A DNA stretch of 64,000 bases from the human T2T-CHM13v2.0 reference genome, Homo sapiens, in NCBI RefSeq assembly GCF_009914755.1, contig NC_060940.1. One strand, given 5' to 3'. Position 1 is the first letter of the stretch. The number at the start of each line of letters is the position of its first letter. The position numbers and the translations under genes are program-made. Shown one piece after another: positions 1 through 16,694 of this stretch. The notes beneath the pieces are model-generated. The model was given only the letters and a program-made list of their open reading frames with translations. It was not told where the DNA came from and searched no databases.

Positions 1-1408
1 TAGACTTCCACTCACACCACACAGTAACCAGGCATCTCTCCCTTTACCTACCGGAATGTTGTCCCAAGAGGCCGAGTGAAAAGTCATTTCTATCAGGAAC
101 AAGAACACTCCCACAGCTGTGTCCATAGAGACCACATAGGGAACCAGAATTCCACTTCCACCCAGCAAATACAATGAAATCCCACCCTCCCACCAGGTGT
201 CAACAGAGGCCAAGTGGGAAACCTAAACTTCTGCTTCCACCTGGTAGTAATTAGGCAGCAACCTCACCTCTGCTGCTGGAGAAGTGTCAGGTAAAGCAAG
301 TGGAAACAGAAGGCCTACGTAAGATCCAGAGCCTCTCATATTACATACAATAAAATTGTCTAGGATTCAAAAGAAAGTTATACATCTTACCAGGAATCAG
401 GAAGGTCTCAAACTAAATGAAAAAAGGACAATCAAAAGATGCCATCACCAAGATGACATAGATAATAGAATTATTTGACAAAGATTTTAAAGCAGCCATG
501 ATAAAAATGCCTCAGTGAGAAATTATAAGCACAAAGGAAACAAATGAAAAAAATAGAAAGCCTATGCAAGGGAATAGAAGATATAAAGAAGAACCAAGCA
601 GAATTTTTACAACTGAAAAAATGCAATAACCAAAATAAAAAGCTCAGTGGATATCCCCAACTGCAGAATGAAGGGAACAAAGAATTGGTAACTGGGAGAT
701 AAAAAAAATAGAAAGTATTCATCTGGACAACAGAGAGAAAATAGACTGAAAGCAGATTAACAGAGCCTCAGGGACTTGTGGAACCATAACAAAAGATCTA
801 ACATTTATGCCTTTGGCGATCTGGAAGGACAAAGGGGAAAGAACAGGGTTAAAAAACTATTTGAAGAAAAATGACTGAAAACTTCCCAAATTTGACACAC
901 AGAAAAAAAAAAAGATAAATTCACAGATTCAAAAAGCTGACTGAATCCCAAAGAAGATAAATCTTAAAAAATCTATGTGAAGATATATCACAATTAAAAT
1001 ACTGAAAACTAAAGCAAAAAAAAAAATCTTGAAAGCAGCAAGAGGAAAACTATGCCTTACATATAGAGGAAAAACAAATTGAATGATGGTAGATTTCTCA
1101 TTAAAAACTATGAAGACCAGAAAGAAGTGGCACAATAATTTTCAAGAGCTGGAACAAAGATTTATCAACCCAGGGAATATGCCCTTCAGGTATAAAGGAG
1201 AAATCAAGATATTCTCCAATGAAGAAAAACTAAGGGAATTTGTCAACAGCAGACTTGCCTTAAATGAATGACTGAAGGAAGTTCTCCAAGCAGAAATGGA
1301 ATAAATGAATCTTAGAATATTCTGAAGAAAGAGAACCCACAAGAAGCAAATATTGTAACACTGACATGAATCCAAATGTATGTGCAGGAAATATTGAAGA
1401 TTGTATTA

Positions 1409-1791
<383 letters not shown>

Positions 1792-2992
1792 AAAAAAGGA
1801 CGGGTTTCTATACTTTACTCAGACTGGTAAAATTATTATTCCACTGGTAGATTCTGATAAATTATGTGTATATAAAGTAATACCAAGAGCAACAACTAAA
1901 AATGCTACACAAAGATACTCTCAAAAAGACTGTACTTCAATCAAAATGGAATTCTGAATATTATTAACCTACAGAAAGGCAGGAAAAAATATAAGATAGA
2001 ATGAAAAATATAAAGCAAAACCTAAAATGGCAGACGTGAGCCCTAACATATCAACAATTAAATTAATGTAAATGGAATAAATATACCAGTTACAATACAG
2101 AGATTGGAAGGGTGGATTGAAAAATATAACCCAGCTATATGCTGCCTACAAGAAACTTGCTTTGAACATAATGATATAGGTAGGTTGAAAGTAAAAGGTT
2201 AGAAAAAGATATATCATGCAATCTTTAACCAAAAGAAAATAGCAGTGGCTACATTAATTTCAGTCATATAAAGTAAGACCTCAGAACAAAAAAAAATTAT
2301 CAGAGACAGAAAGAGGCATCATATAATGACAAAAGGGGAATCCACCAAGAAGACATAGCAATCCTAAATGTGTATGTACCAAACAAGAGTTACAAAATAT
2401 ATGCAATAAAACCTAATAGAACTGAAAGGAAAAATAGAAAAATGCACAATCATAGTTGGAGACTTCAACACCCCTCTCTCAAGAACTGATAAGAAACAAC
2501 TAGACAGAAAATCAGCAAGCCTGTAATAAAACTCAAAAATACAATCAACCAATGTGATTTAATTGACAGTTATGGAACATTCCATGTAAATATAAGAGTA
2601 CATGTTCTTTTCAAATGCCCATTAAAAAAACACACCCAAATAGACAACATTCTCAATACAGAATATGTTCAAAGAGTTCTATAAAATCAAACTAGAAATC
2701 AGTAACAAAAAGAAAACAAGAAAATCTCCAAACACTTGGAAACTAAACAACACACTTCTAAATAACCCATGAATCAAAGAGAAAGTCTCAAAGGAAATCA
2801 AATAGTACAGTGAACTAAAAGAAAATGAAAACACACCATCTAAAAATTTGTGGAACACAGTTACAGCAGTGCCTACATTAGAAAAGAAGAAAGGTATCAA
2901 ATCATCAATCCAATTTTCTACACCAATAAACTTAAAAAAAAAAAAAAAGAAGAGCAAAATAAATTGAGAGAAAGCAGAAGTAGAGAAATAAT

Positions 2993-3408
2993 TGCTGTGG
3001 TTTGAATGCTTGTGTCCCCTCCAAATCTCATGTTGAAACTTAATCCCCAATGCACCAGCATTATCAGGTGGGGCCATTAGGAGGTGACGGGGCCATGAGG
3101 CAGAGCCCTCATGAATAAAATTAGTGACCTTATAAAAGGGCTGGAGGAAGCTAGCTATTAAGCCCTTTTTGGACCTTCCACCATTCCACCATGTGTGAAC
3201 ACAGCATTCATCCCCTCCGGAAGACACAGCAAAAAAGCCAATTGGGAAGTGGAGATAGGGCCCTCACCAGCTCGCCAGACACCAATCTGCTGGCACTTAA
3301 ATTGATATTGGATTTCTAGCCTCCAGAACTGTGAGGGATAAATTTCTGTTTTCTATAAATTACTCAGTCTCAGGTATTTTGTTACAACAGCCCAAACAGA
3401 CTAAGGCA
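2993..3408 (+). mobile_element. MaLR solo LTR (MSTD-like)
   Basis: TG...CA termini, MST-type internal motifs, 5-bp TSD ATAAT (2988-2992 and 3409-3413). Confidence 0.9.
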
Positions 3409-6108
3409 ATAATGATGAGCAGAAATTTTAAAAATTGAAAGCAGAAACACAATAGATAAAATCAATGAACCAAAAAGCTGGTTCTTTGAACAAAGATCAG
3501 TAATTTGGACAAACCTCTAACAAGACTGATAAAGTAACATGAGAGAGAAGACACAAGCTACAAAGATCAGGAAAGAAAGAGGAGATATCATTACAGATCC
3601 TGCAAACATCAAAAAGATAATAAGGTAATACTACAAACAACTATACATACACAAGTTTGGAAACTTAGATGAAATGGACCAATTCCTCAAAAAGTAAAAC
3701 TAGCACAACTCACCCAATATTAAATAGATAATCTGAATAGCCCTATAACGATCAAGAATATTAAATCTGCAATTTTAAAACACCAAAGAAAGAGTCTCCA
3801 GGCACCAATTGTTTCAATGGAGAATTCTATCAAATGCTTAAAGGAAACTAACACCAATTCTACACAATATCTTCAAGAACACAGAAGAGAAGAGAACACT
3901 TCCCAATTCATTTAAAGAAGTTAATATTAGCTTGGAACCAAAACTGGACAAAGACCACACCAAAAAAACCAGAAAACTTCAAATCAATATTTCCCATGAA
4001 TATAGAAACTGAAATCTTCAACAAAATATCAGCAGGTAAAGATGAACGATGTATAAAACAAAATTATACACCATCACCAAGTGGGGTTTATTCCAAGGAT
4101 GCAAAGTTGACTCAATATTCAGAAATCAATGAGCATAATCCACCATATTAACAGACTAAAGAAAAATTGCATGGTCATTTCAAATGATACAGTGTTTGAC
4201 AAATACTTAGTAATTTGTTAAACATCAAATAATAAGTATTAGACAAAATTCAACAACCATTCCTAAAACCTCTCAGAAACATAAGAATAGAAGGAAATTT
4301 CCTCCAAGATAGAGTTTCTTCAAAAAAATCTAGAACTAAAATTGTAATGGCAAAATACCAAATAGTTTTCTCTTAAGATATTACTCAACATAGTGCTGGA
4401 AGTTCTAGCCAGCCCAATAAGGCAAAAAAAATTAAAAAAAATAAAAATAAATAAAAAAATGGCAGAAAGATCAAAAAGAAAGAGGTAAAACAGTCCCTAT
4501 TGGCATATAACATGACTTGTTTACATCAAAAATATCAAGAAATCTACCAAAAAAAACTTCCAGAACTAATAAGTGGATTCGGCAAGTTCATAAGATACAA
4601 GAAAATTTTCCAAAGTCAACTATATGTCTATATAAATATGTGGACACCACAGTCAAAAATACAATACCATTTGCAATCACTCAACAACAACAAAACTATA
4701 CTTGGGTATACGTCTAACAAAACATGTATAGGATTTGTATGCTGAAAATTGCAAAACACAGATGAAAAGAGTCAAAGAAGATCTAAATAAATGAAGAGAT
4801 ACACCATATCTTATTCATGGATTGGAAGATTCAGTGTATAAAGATGCCTATTCTGCCCAAATTGATACATAGATTTTGTAATTCCTATCAAAATCGCAGA
4901 AGTATGTTTTTGCAAACATGGTATATACAAGACTATTTTAAAAGTCTCATGGAAAAACATAAGGAATTAGAATAGCTAAAACAATTTTGAAAGAAGAAGA
5001 AAGTGAGACCAGTCAGTCTACATGATTTCAAGACTTATTCTGTAGTTCCAGTAATCAAGACTGTGCATTACTGGTGGAGGACTACAAACAGGGATCAATA
5101 AAACAGAAGAGAGAACTCAGAAATAGACCCTTACGAATTTGCCCAACTTGTTTCAACAAAGGTACAAAAGCAAGACAAGGAAAGATAGCTTTTTCAACAA
5201 ATAGTGCTAGAGCAATTGAACATTCATAGGTTAAAAAAAAAAAAAGAATCTTGACCTAAGTCACAATTTATACAAAAATGAATTCAGAATGGATCATAGA
5301 CTTCAAGGTAAAATGTAAAGCTATTAAATACATAAAACAGGAGAAAATCTTCAGGATCTACAGCTATGCAAAGAGGTCCAAAAGCACAGTCCATAAAAGG
5401 AAAATTGATAAATTGGTCTTAATAAAATTAAAAACTTTTTCTCTGCAAAAGGTCCTGTTAAGAAGATGAAATGACAAGCTACAGACTGGAAGAAAATATT
5501 TGCAAACCACATATCTGACAAAGAACCAGCATCTAGAATGTATAAAGAGCTCTCAACATTCAAGAATAAAAAAGTATGCATCCAATTACAATATGGGCAA
5601 AAGGCATGAACCATTTCATCAAAGAGGATATGGAAATGGCAACAAGCACTGGAAAGATGGTCAATATAGTCAACTACTAGAGAAATGAGAATTAAACCCA
5701 CAATGAGATATTATGACACATCTGCATGAATGACTGAAAAAAATACGATGACAACACAAAATGTTGGCAAGAATGCAGAAACTTCAACTATGCCTATATA
5801 GTTGGTAGGACTGTAAAATGGTACAACCACTGTGGAAAACAGTCTGAAATTTTCTTACAAAATTAAACGTGTAACTACCAGATGACCTGGAACTTCTCTA
5901 GGCATTCATCTCAGAGAAATGAAGACATATGTTCACACAAAAACCTGCACATGAATGTTTGTAACAGCTTTATTTGTGATAACCCAAAACCGGAAATAAC
6001 CCAGATGTCCTTCAACTGATGAATGGTTAAACAAACTGTGGTACATCCATAACTTGCAAAACTACTTAACAAAAATAAATAAATAAATGAATATATAAAC
6101 AAATAAAC

Positions 6109-6401
<293 letters not shown>

Positions 6402-6826
6402 ATAAATGAACTATTGATCCACTCTGTTGAATCTCCCAGATGAATCGCCAGAGAACTATGCTGAGTGAAAAAAAGCCAACCCAAAAGTTACATACTGAAT
6501 GATTATACATATACATAACGTCCTTGAAATGACAAAATTATAGAAATAGAGAACACATTAGTGACTTCCAGGAGGTAAGGAGGGAGTGGAGGTGAGAGGG
6601 AAGTGGATGTGGCCATAAAAGGGCAGCATGAGGCATCCTTGTGGTGATAATAATATTCTGTGTCTTGACTGTATCAACGTCAATATCCTAGTTGTGATAC
6701 TGTACTACGGTTTTGCCACTGGGAAAGTGGGGTAAAGGGGACATAGCATCTTTGTATTATTTCTTACAACTGTGTGTGAATCTACAGTTATCTCAAAATT
6801 TAAACATTTAATTTAAAAAACAGATG

Positions 6827-7312
<486 letters not shown>

Positions 7313-7592
7313 TGAAATTAAAAATTTATAAAAACTGACAGTAGCCAAACCTTGAACTGGTGTAAGAGAACATCAGAACACAAACACCCAAGCTATGGAT
7401 AAAACCAAAATAAACTTGAACGTTCCCCAGATGCTCCCTCCATCCAGTAGAAAAGAAAAGAAAAGTGGAGTGCAAAGAAGAGGTGTTCTAGCCCCAAGGG
7501 CCATAAACAGTTGTTATAATCTCACTTGTCCAGGCAAAATGAAATAAATGACAATGGCAGTGAAGAAGAGTGGACAGCATTTAGAATGCACT

Positions 7593-7679
7593 GGCCCCCA
7601 GGGAAACTGAGTCTCGCCTCATCTCATCAGGTGGGGCACTGCAATTCCTCCAGTGAGTTTCAGCAAGGGGCATCAGCCA
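7593..7679 (+). repeat. Donor copy of an ~86-bp local duplication (second copy at 10140-10224)
   Basis: GGCCCCCAGG-AAACTGAGTCTC-CCTCATCTCATCAGGTG...ACTGCAATTCCTCCAGTGAGTTTCAGCA...ATCAGCCA occurs at both sites. Confidence 0.95.
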
Positions 7680-7795
7680 CAGCAATGCCTTGTGATGTCC
7701 AGGTCTTCAGCATCCCCCCAGAGATAAACAATATTGGCCTACACCTTCAGGAGCCAGCTGGATGTAGTTCTGGCTCTTATCAAAACACCTACGCT

Positions 7796-8106
<311 letters not shown>

Positions 8107-8309
8107 AAAACACCTAAAGTGTAACTCTAGCCTCAGTAACCTACGGACTCTCTAAAATATTATTGCTGTAAGTCAATCACACTCTTCTTTTTCAAACCTA
8201 GCATTTGTACTTAAATCAAAATAGCAATCATACAAGCAAGTTATATCCACCTGGTAACTGAAAAAAGAAATCCCTGTTACACTGTAAGACAGTGAAAGGG
8301 CCCAGGACT

Positions 8310-8930
8310 CTCAACTAATTTTGTGACCACTGCAATTGGTTCAGGGATGTGCATATGGCCCAAATTGTTCAGAAACAGGCTTTCATTCAAATGTTAAGCC
8401 AGGCACGGTGGCTCACACCTGTAATCTCAGCATTTTGGGAGGCCGAGGCGGATGGATCACTTGAGGTCAGGAGTTCGAGACCAGCCTGGCCAACATGAAA
8501 CCCCATCTCTACTAAAAATACAAAAATTAGCCAGCCTGCAATCCCAGATACTTGAGAGGCTGAGGCAAGAGGATTGCTTGAACCCAGGAGGCAGAAGTTG
8601 CAGTGAGCCAAGATTGCATGACTGCACTCCAGTCTGGGAGACAGAGCAAGACTCTATCTTGGAAAAAAATAAAAATAATAAAATGTTGCCTAAGAGCTTT
8701 TTCATTCTGCTCCAAGAGAGTTTGTCTGAGGACAAAACCAAAACAGAGAAAGCAGAGCTCAGTGACAGAGACAGACCCTGAATCTAAACATCATCTGGGA
8801 TCTGGATCAAGACGTGCCCGAAGCTATCCCTTGACTTTTCTGTTACATCAGCCAACAAACTCCCTTTCTATCTAAGCTGCTTTGATTTCTTTCCTGTCAC
8901 TTGCAACCAAAACAGTCCTAAATGACAGAA
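8310..8930 (+). mobile_element. Old MaLR LTR fragment (MLT1-like), interrupted by an Alu
   Basis: MLT1-type motifs (ATTGGTTCAGGGATG; TTCCTGTCACTTGCAACCAAAA). Confidence 0.55.
8397..8682 (+). mobile_element. Alu (AluS-like) with a small internal deletion
   Basis: Alu consensus; AAATGTT flanks. Confidence 0.95.
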
Positions 8931-9199
8931 ATGGGCTGTCGCATGGTCTCCGGTTGCCGTAGGTGTGCAAGCCCAGGTGGAATGACCATCTATGAGGGAT
9001 GCAGTAGCAAAGTTCTGACTGTAATAGGAGGTGGGAGAGCAGACTTCCTGTAGGGTATTTTCTTATTGTTAGAGATAACCTTCCACCACCTTCTTGGTGT
9101 GGCTTTAGAACTATTTATTACATAGCTAAGGAGAGTGCCGCCATCGCCCAGAAGGATAAATCACCCCAAGGAGCATTTGCTTTTCCAGGCCGAGTAAGA

Positions 9200-9960
9200 T
9201 CCTGCCTGACAGCTGATCGTGGCCTGTGGCATCCTGCGTGACCCAGCCACTGCTCACCTTTCTGACCTCACCTCCTCCCCCTGTTGCCCACAGTCATCTT
9301 TCTTCTGCTAGTCCTTGAATAGAACAAGTGTGTTCCCACCTCAGGGCCTTTGCAGTCACTGTTCCTTCTGCCTGAAATGCTTTTTTCAGAGACCTTCCCA
9401 TGGCTGGTTCCCTCTCACATAAGCCTGAAGTTTACCTCCTCAAAGAGGCTGTCCCTGATTGCAAAATCTGAATTACCCGCCTGGATACTCTCATGCCAGA
9501 CACTTTCTAGTCCATTACCATGTCTTTTCTTGTTCTCTTTTTTCTCTTTTTTTTTTTGAGACAAGGTCTTGTTCTGTTGCCCAGGCTGGAGTGCAGTGGT
9601 GCGGCATGACTCACTGCAACCTCCTCCTGCCCGCAGGCTCAAGTGGTCCTCCAATCTCAGCTTCCCAAGTAGCTGGGACCACAGATGCATGCCCAGCTAA
9701 TTTTTTTTTAATGTTTTTGTAGAGACAGGGTCTTGCTATGTTGCCCAGGCTAGTCTCTAACTCCTGGGCTCAACTGATCCTCTTGCTTTGGCCTCCCAAA
9801 GTGCTGGCATCTTATTTTCTTCACAGCACATAACAGCCTGAAATTACCTTAAATTTCACTTGTTGATTATCAGTATCTCCCCACTCCCCCAGAAGAATAT
9901 AATCTCCATGAGAGCAGGAGGCACCTGTTGTGTTCACTGCCATGTCCTCAGAGCATAGTG
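9200..9960 (+). mobile_element. L2 fragment interrupted by an Alu
   Basis: L2-type motifs (CCTCAGGGCCTTTGCA...GTTCCTTCTGCCTGAAATGC; CTCCATGAGAGCAGG). Confidence 0.7.
9535..9810 (-). mobile_element. Alu (AluJ-like)
   Basis: Reverse Alu with J-type diagnostics. Confidence 0.95.
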
Positions 9961-9987
9961 GAAGAAAGAAAAGAGGGAGGGAGAACA

Positions 9988-10680
<693 letters not shown>

Positions 10681-11177
10681 CACTTAGGCAGAGCAATAAC
10701 AAGGACACGAGTGAGAACGCTCATGGCAGCCTTCCAATTGGTAGCATGAGGTGCGAGCTAACCGAGGTGCCCTAAACAAGGGGAACACGTGCTAAGAAGG
10801 AGTCAGATGGAGTCAAATAAAGGGGCAAAAAGCAGCATAGAAGAAATTCCTAATGCATAGCAGGGGAAAGAGTAAAAGCAGGTTGAGAGCTACAGCATGA
10901 CACCATTTTTGTAATTAAACACACAAGCGCGCGCCTAAAAATCAACATTCTGTATTTCTCCAAAGTACACACTTATTTCAAAACACATTTAAAATCTATT
11001 AGAGCAGCTGCCTCTAGGGGAGCAATGAAATGGGAAGAGAGATGGGAGATAAAAAGTATATATAATTAATCGTTGCCTGGACTATTGCTGTCAGTGTGCC
11101 ACAAGTGAAGGAGTGTGGCTAAGTGGCCTCTGTGTAACTGATGTCCAAATATAAAAATTAAAAACTATTGATAACTC

Positions 11178-11495
<318 letters not shown>

Positions 11496-11908
11496 TCAGA
11501 TAAATAACTCCCACTCACCCACTCACCTTTGGTATCTCAACACACGGACCACATCCTGGTGGAAATTGTCTCTGGCCTCCCTGACTCAGGCACAGCCCTG
11601 CTGTGTATCCCTCCCATGCCATGCATCTCTGCTTCAGAGCAACCATCACGACTGCAATTTCATATTTGCTCCTGTCACTTCTTGGTCTGTGTCTGTCTCC
11701 TCAACTCTAGCTCCAGGAGGGCAGCAAACACATTTTCTCTCCCTCTCTCTCCCTTCTCTTTTCCTATCCTCCAATCTCCCAGCACCTGCAGTAACATTGG
11801 ACACCTGAAGATTGTAGAGAGCATAAGTGCATGCATGAAGACCGTCATGAGAAATCCAATCATCGTGGCCATATACATGATGTGCACACAAGAGAGTCAC
11901 ACAAATCA

Positions 11909-12250
<342 letters not shown>

Positions 12251-13216
12251 ACGTGTGGGAGCCACATCCGCAACACACACTTAAGGCATAAAAATACGCA
12301 GGAAATATGCCCAGGTGGTCGTGTGCTTGGGGATCTGTACCACGCAGATGCCCAGACACAGTTTCCACCCCTTGTCAACTAACTCCGGTCCTGCCCACCT
12401 CCTCCAAATTTCTGGACCTTCCCCAGGGGTCCCACCCAGCAACCGCTCCCTGGGCAACAAGCTCCCTCCCAACTTCTAAAGACCAATTTCACTTTGCATC
12501 CTGACTGGTCTTTCCCTTTATGAAAATCCCTTTCCAACTCAGGCCCATTCTGCAGGTTTCCTCTGGGAACCCGTCCTTCCCTCCTGAGAATGTGCCCACA
12601 AAGCTTCCAGCTTAACTGGAAAATGAATGGAGCTGCCTCCAGCCCACCCACCCCCGCTTCAAAGGCCAGCCTGCTAGTACCTATGGGGCTTTGGCAGGAT
12701 AAACAGATAAAAGGCAGACTGCTTTGTCATTTCAGAAAATGAAAACGAAGGTAGCTGGTAAGGAAGGGAAAGTGGATAAAGCTGGAGGCATTAGAGAGAG
12801 GCTCTCAGGAAAGCCATGGTCCAGAGAGCTGGAAGCCTCCCTCTCCCACCTTGGAAAAAGAGCTCACATGCAATTGTTGTATATATGTTAGAGGGTTGTA
12901 ACTATGCATTTAATTAGAGCCCACACCCTAAACAGTAAGGACTAAGCAGTCAGAATCTTATTTGCTGTGTCCCCAATACTTTGTAGTATCTAGAAACACA
13001 AAGAGTGCTCAAGGACTCCACCAGGACAGAAGCCTGTGGATATATGTACTTTGTCATCAGCGTTAAGTAAATACCCAACATGACAAGGCAAGGGCATTAA
13101 TGTTTTTATCTTATCTAATCTTCACAACTCTGTCGTGAAGGATCAGAGAGGTTTGTTCATTTGCCAGAGGTTACACAGCTCTCAGGAGGCAGGTGCGGAA
13201 TTGGAAAGCAAATATT

Positions 13217-13346
13217 TTCTTCCTCCTCCTCCTTCTCCTCCTCCTCCTGCTTCTCCTCCTCCCCCCACTTCCTCCTTCTTCTTCTTCTCCTTCTTCTTCG
13301 TCTTCTTCTTCTTTCTTCTTCCCCTTCCCCTTCCCCTTCTTCTTCT
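13217..13346 (+). repeat. (CCT)n/(CTT)n polypyrimidine microsatellite
   Basis: About 130 bp, almost purely C/T. Confidence 0.95.
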
Positions 13347-13402
13347 AGCATTCACTGGGCATCTACTAGGTGCCAGGCTCCGTGTTAGAGAAAAAATGTT
13401 GA

Positions 13403-13708
13403 GGCTGGGTGTGGTGGTTCACGTCTGTAATCCCAGTACTTTGGGAGGCCAAGGTGGGTGGATCACCTGAGGTCGGCAGTTCGAGACCAGCCCAGCAAAC
13501 ATGTTGAAACTCCGTCTCTACTAAAAATACAAAAATTAGCCAGTCGTGGTGGCTGGCCCCTGTAATCCCAGCTACTCAGGAGGCTGGGGCAGGAGAATCA
13601 CTTGTACCTGGGAGGCAGATGCTTCAGTGAGCTAAAATCGCACCACTGCACTCCAGCCTGGGCGACGAAGTGAGACTCCATCTCAGAAAAGAAAGAAAAA
13701 AAAAAAAA
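13403..13708 (+). mobile_element. Alu (AluS-like)
   Basis: Dimeric Alu consensus. Confidence 0.97.
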
Positions 13709-13773
13709 CAATTGCACACAAAGAGCATTCCCCTGTGATCTGAATGAGGTGGTGTTTGAAGAATTGGAAATCC

Positions 13774-14420
<647 letters not shown>

Positions 14421-14971
14421 TGCAAAATGACTGAAAGAAAATTGGACACGTACATGTGATGAGATTAGGGATTGGGTACACATGTAGGGGAGCATGTAGG
14501 CAGTGAGAATGAAGAGAGAGAAAAGAAAGAAAGAAAGGAAACATGAGGAATCTCAAGCCTCATCCATAACCCATGGAAGCAAACTGCATTCTAAGCGAGT
14601 TCCTCATGTGATTGTCTGCACATCAAAGTTTGAGAAGCTCTGGTTCAACGCAGGGGTTCTGACACCATTGAAACTGGAGCCCCATCTTGTTATTCATTAA
14701 CCCAATTACACCTGAATATTCGAACTATTTCCAATATACCAAACAACTTGATTGAACTGTGAATAAAGTACTGACAAAATCAAGAATGCTCATGGTCTTC
14801 CTAAATCCTCCATGGAGTATTTCAGTGTTTTTTATTTCTTCCTGTGGGGCATGCTAAAGGAATTCCCAGAATTTTCCAGGGTAAGCCAGACAGAGCATTC
14901 AAGAAGGAGGGCGTGGCTTTTAGTGACATGAACAAATGTCCAGTAGCTGCTGAACCATGTCCATTTGAATA

Positions 14972-15100
14972 TTTATTTATTTTTATGAGATGGGGTCTCA
15001 GTATATTGCTCTTGCTGGTCTTGGACTCCTGGCCTCATGTGATTCTCCCACGTCAGTCTCCCAAATAGCTGGAACTACAGGCACACACCACCGTGACCTG
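14972..15100 (-). mobile_element. FLAM-like Alu monomer
   Basis: Single left-arm-type monomer. Confidence 0.85.
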
Positions 15101-15501
15101 CTGTCCACTGGACTTTTGAGCAGAGAGTCACTGGTAAGAGCAGGCAAGAGACAGATGGAGTAGGAACAAAAGGGAGAGGATGTAAACACCTTTTTCAAGA
15201 AGTATAAGTGACCAGGCAAAGCTAAAGGAAGAAGGGATGATGGGCAGTTTGAGGGCTGTTGTTATTGTTGCTTCATTTTTGGTGGGCTTTGTGAGATGGA
15301 AGGGGCTTGAGCGTGCATATGTGTTGACTGGACAATCCCTATGAGGAACAACATGGTTCCACTCAGCAACGTTACTAGTGCAGGTGCCTTGTGACCAGGA
15401 AATTTGACTTCTGAGGCTTTAGCTACAAACACAATGGCACACAGGAAAAGTGATGTGCATGCATCGGGATATGCACAGCCACCTCCTTCAAAATTGCAAA
15501 A

Positions 15502-15810
15502 GGGCTGGGTGCGGTGGCCCACGCCTGTAATCCCAGCACTTTGGGAGGCCAAGGCGGGCTGATCACTTTAGGTCAGGAGTTCGAGACCAGCCCGGCCAAC
15601 ACGACGAAACTACGTCTCTACTAAAAATACAAAAATTACCGGGGCGTGATGGTGGGTCCCTGTAATCCCAGCTACTCAGGAGGCTGAGGCAGCAGAATTG
15701 CTTGAACCTGGTGGGCAGATGTTGCAGTGAGCCGAGATCACACCACTGCACTCCAGCTGGCTGACAGCGCGATACGCCATCTCAAAAAAAAAAAAAAAGA
15801 AAAAAAAGAA
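15502..15810 (+). mobile_element. Alu (AluS-like)
   Basis: Dimeric Alu; TSD AAATTGCAA. Confidence 0.97.
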
Positions 15811-15824
15811 ATTGCAATAGATTA

Positions 15825-16694
15825 TGAAACCCTACTGCAAAAATTACAGCAGTGAAAGAAATCTGACCTAACTGACTCCATCTTGCTTCTAACTTCCAAG
15901 CCACCCTTGATCACTCCTGGGTGGAGGTCAAGCTAACTCTAGGAGGAACTTAGTTTATAGTTTAACTTTGAAACCAAGATGATAACAGCTCCTTCCTGAA
16001 ACAGACCCTCTCCTTGTGTGGGGATCAGACCACCTCTGTAAAACAAACAGCCACAAGGCTAGAAACTGTGGCTCAAGATTCACACAGCCAGAAGCCATAA
16101 GATTCCTAACGCCCCCAATTGCTCCTATCAATAACATCACAAATGTAAAACCTAACATTGGTGTTTGAGGTATTTTTCAGACCCTGCATTCTGATAAGCC
16201 AGCTGGTATCACCCAAACCCATAACCCACACCGAGAAACTGGTTCCACCGGCCTTGTGGCCCCCACCAAGGAATTTACTGCAAGATAAGCTCTGACTCCC
16301 TCATTTCATCTGTGACCCAACCAATCAGCATTCCACATTCCCTTGTCCCCTGCCTGCCAAACTACCCTTAAAAATCCTAGTCTCCCATTAACTCATCATT
16401 TAGCATTAGGTATATCTCCTAATGCTATGCACACCAGCATGGCACATGTATACATATGTAACAAACCTGCACGTTGTGCACATGTACCCTAAAACTTAAA
16501 GTATAATAATAATAAAATAAAAAATTAAAAAAAATCCTAGCCTCTAAATTCTGGGGTGGCTGATTTGAATAATAATAAACCCCTGTCTTTCCACTTAACC
16601 AGCTCTGTGTTTATTAAACTCTTTCTATTGCAGAAACCTGCTGTGTTCATTGCATTGTCTTTTCGGGACAGCAGCAAGATGAACCCATTGGACA
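15825..16694 (+). mobile_element. ERV1 solo LTR, LTR8 family (LTR8A/B-like)
   Basis: TGAAACC...GACTCCATCTTGCTTCTAAC...GGAACTTAGTTTATAGTTT; homologous to 29903-30455. Confidence 0.85.
16385..16529 (+). mobile_element. Very short 5'-inverted L1PA (about L1PA3) insertion
   Basis: Inverted 3'UTR piece at 16385-16428, then the sense L1 3' end and A-tail; TSD AAAAATCCTAG(T/C)CTC at 16370-16384 and 16530-16544. Confidence 0.92.

Noticed and set aside
13135-13470. Poly-Pro/Glu/Arg ORFs
   Set aside because: These are translations of a (CCT/CTT)n microsatellite running into an Alu.
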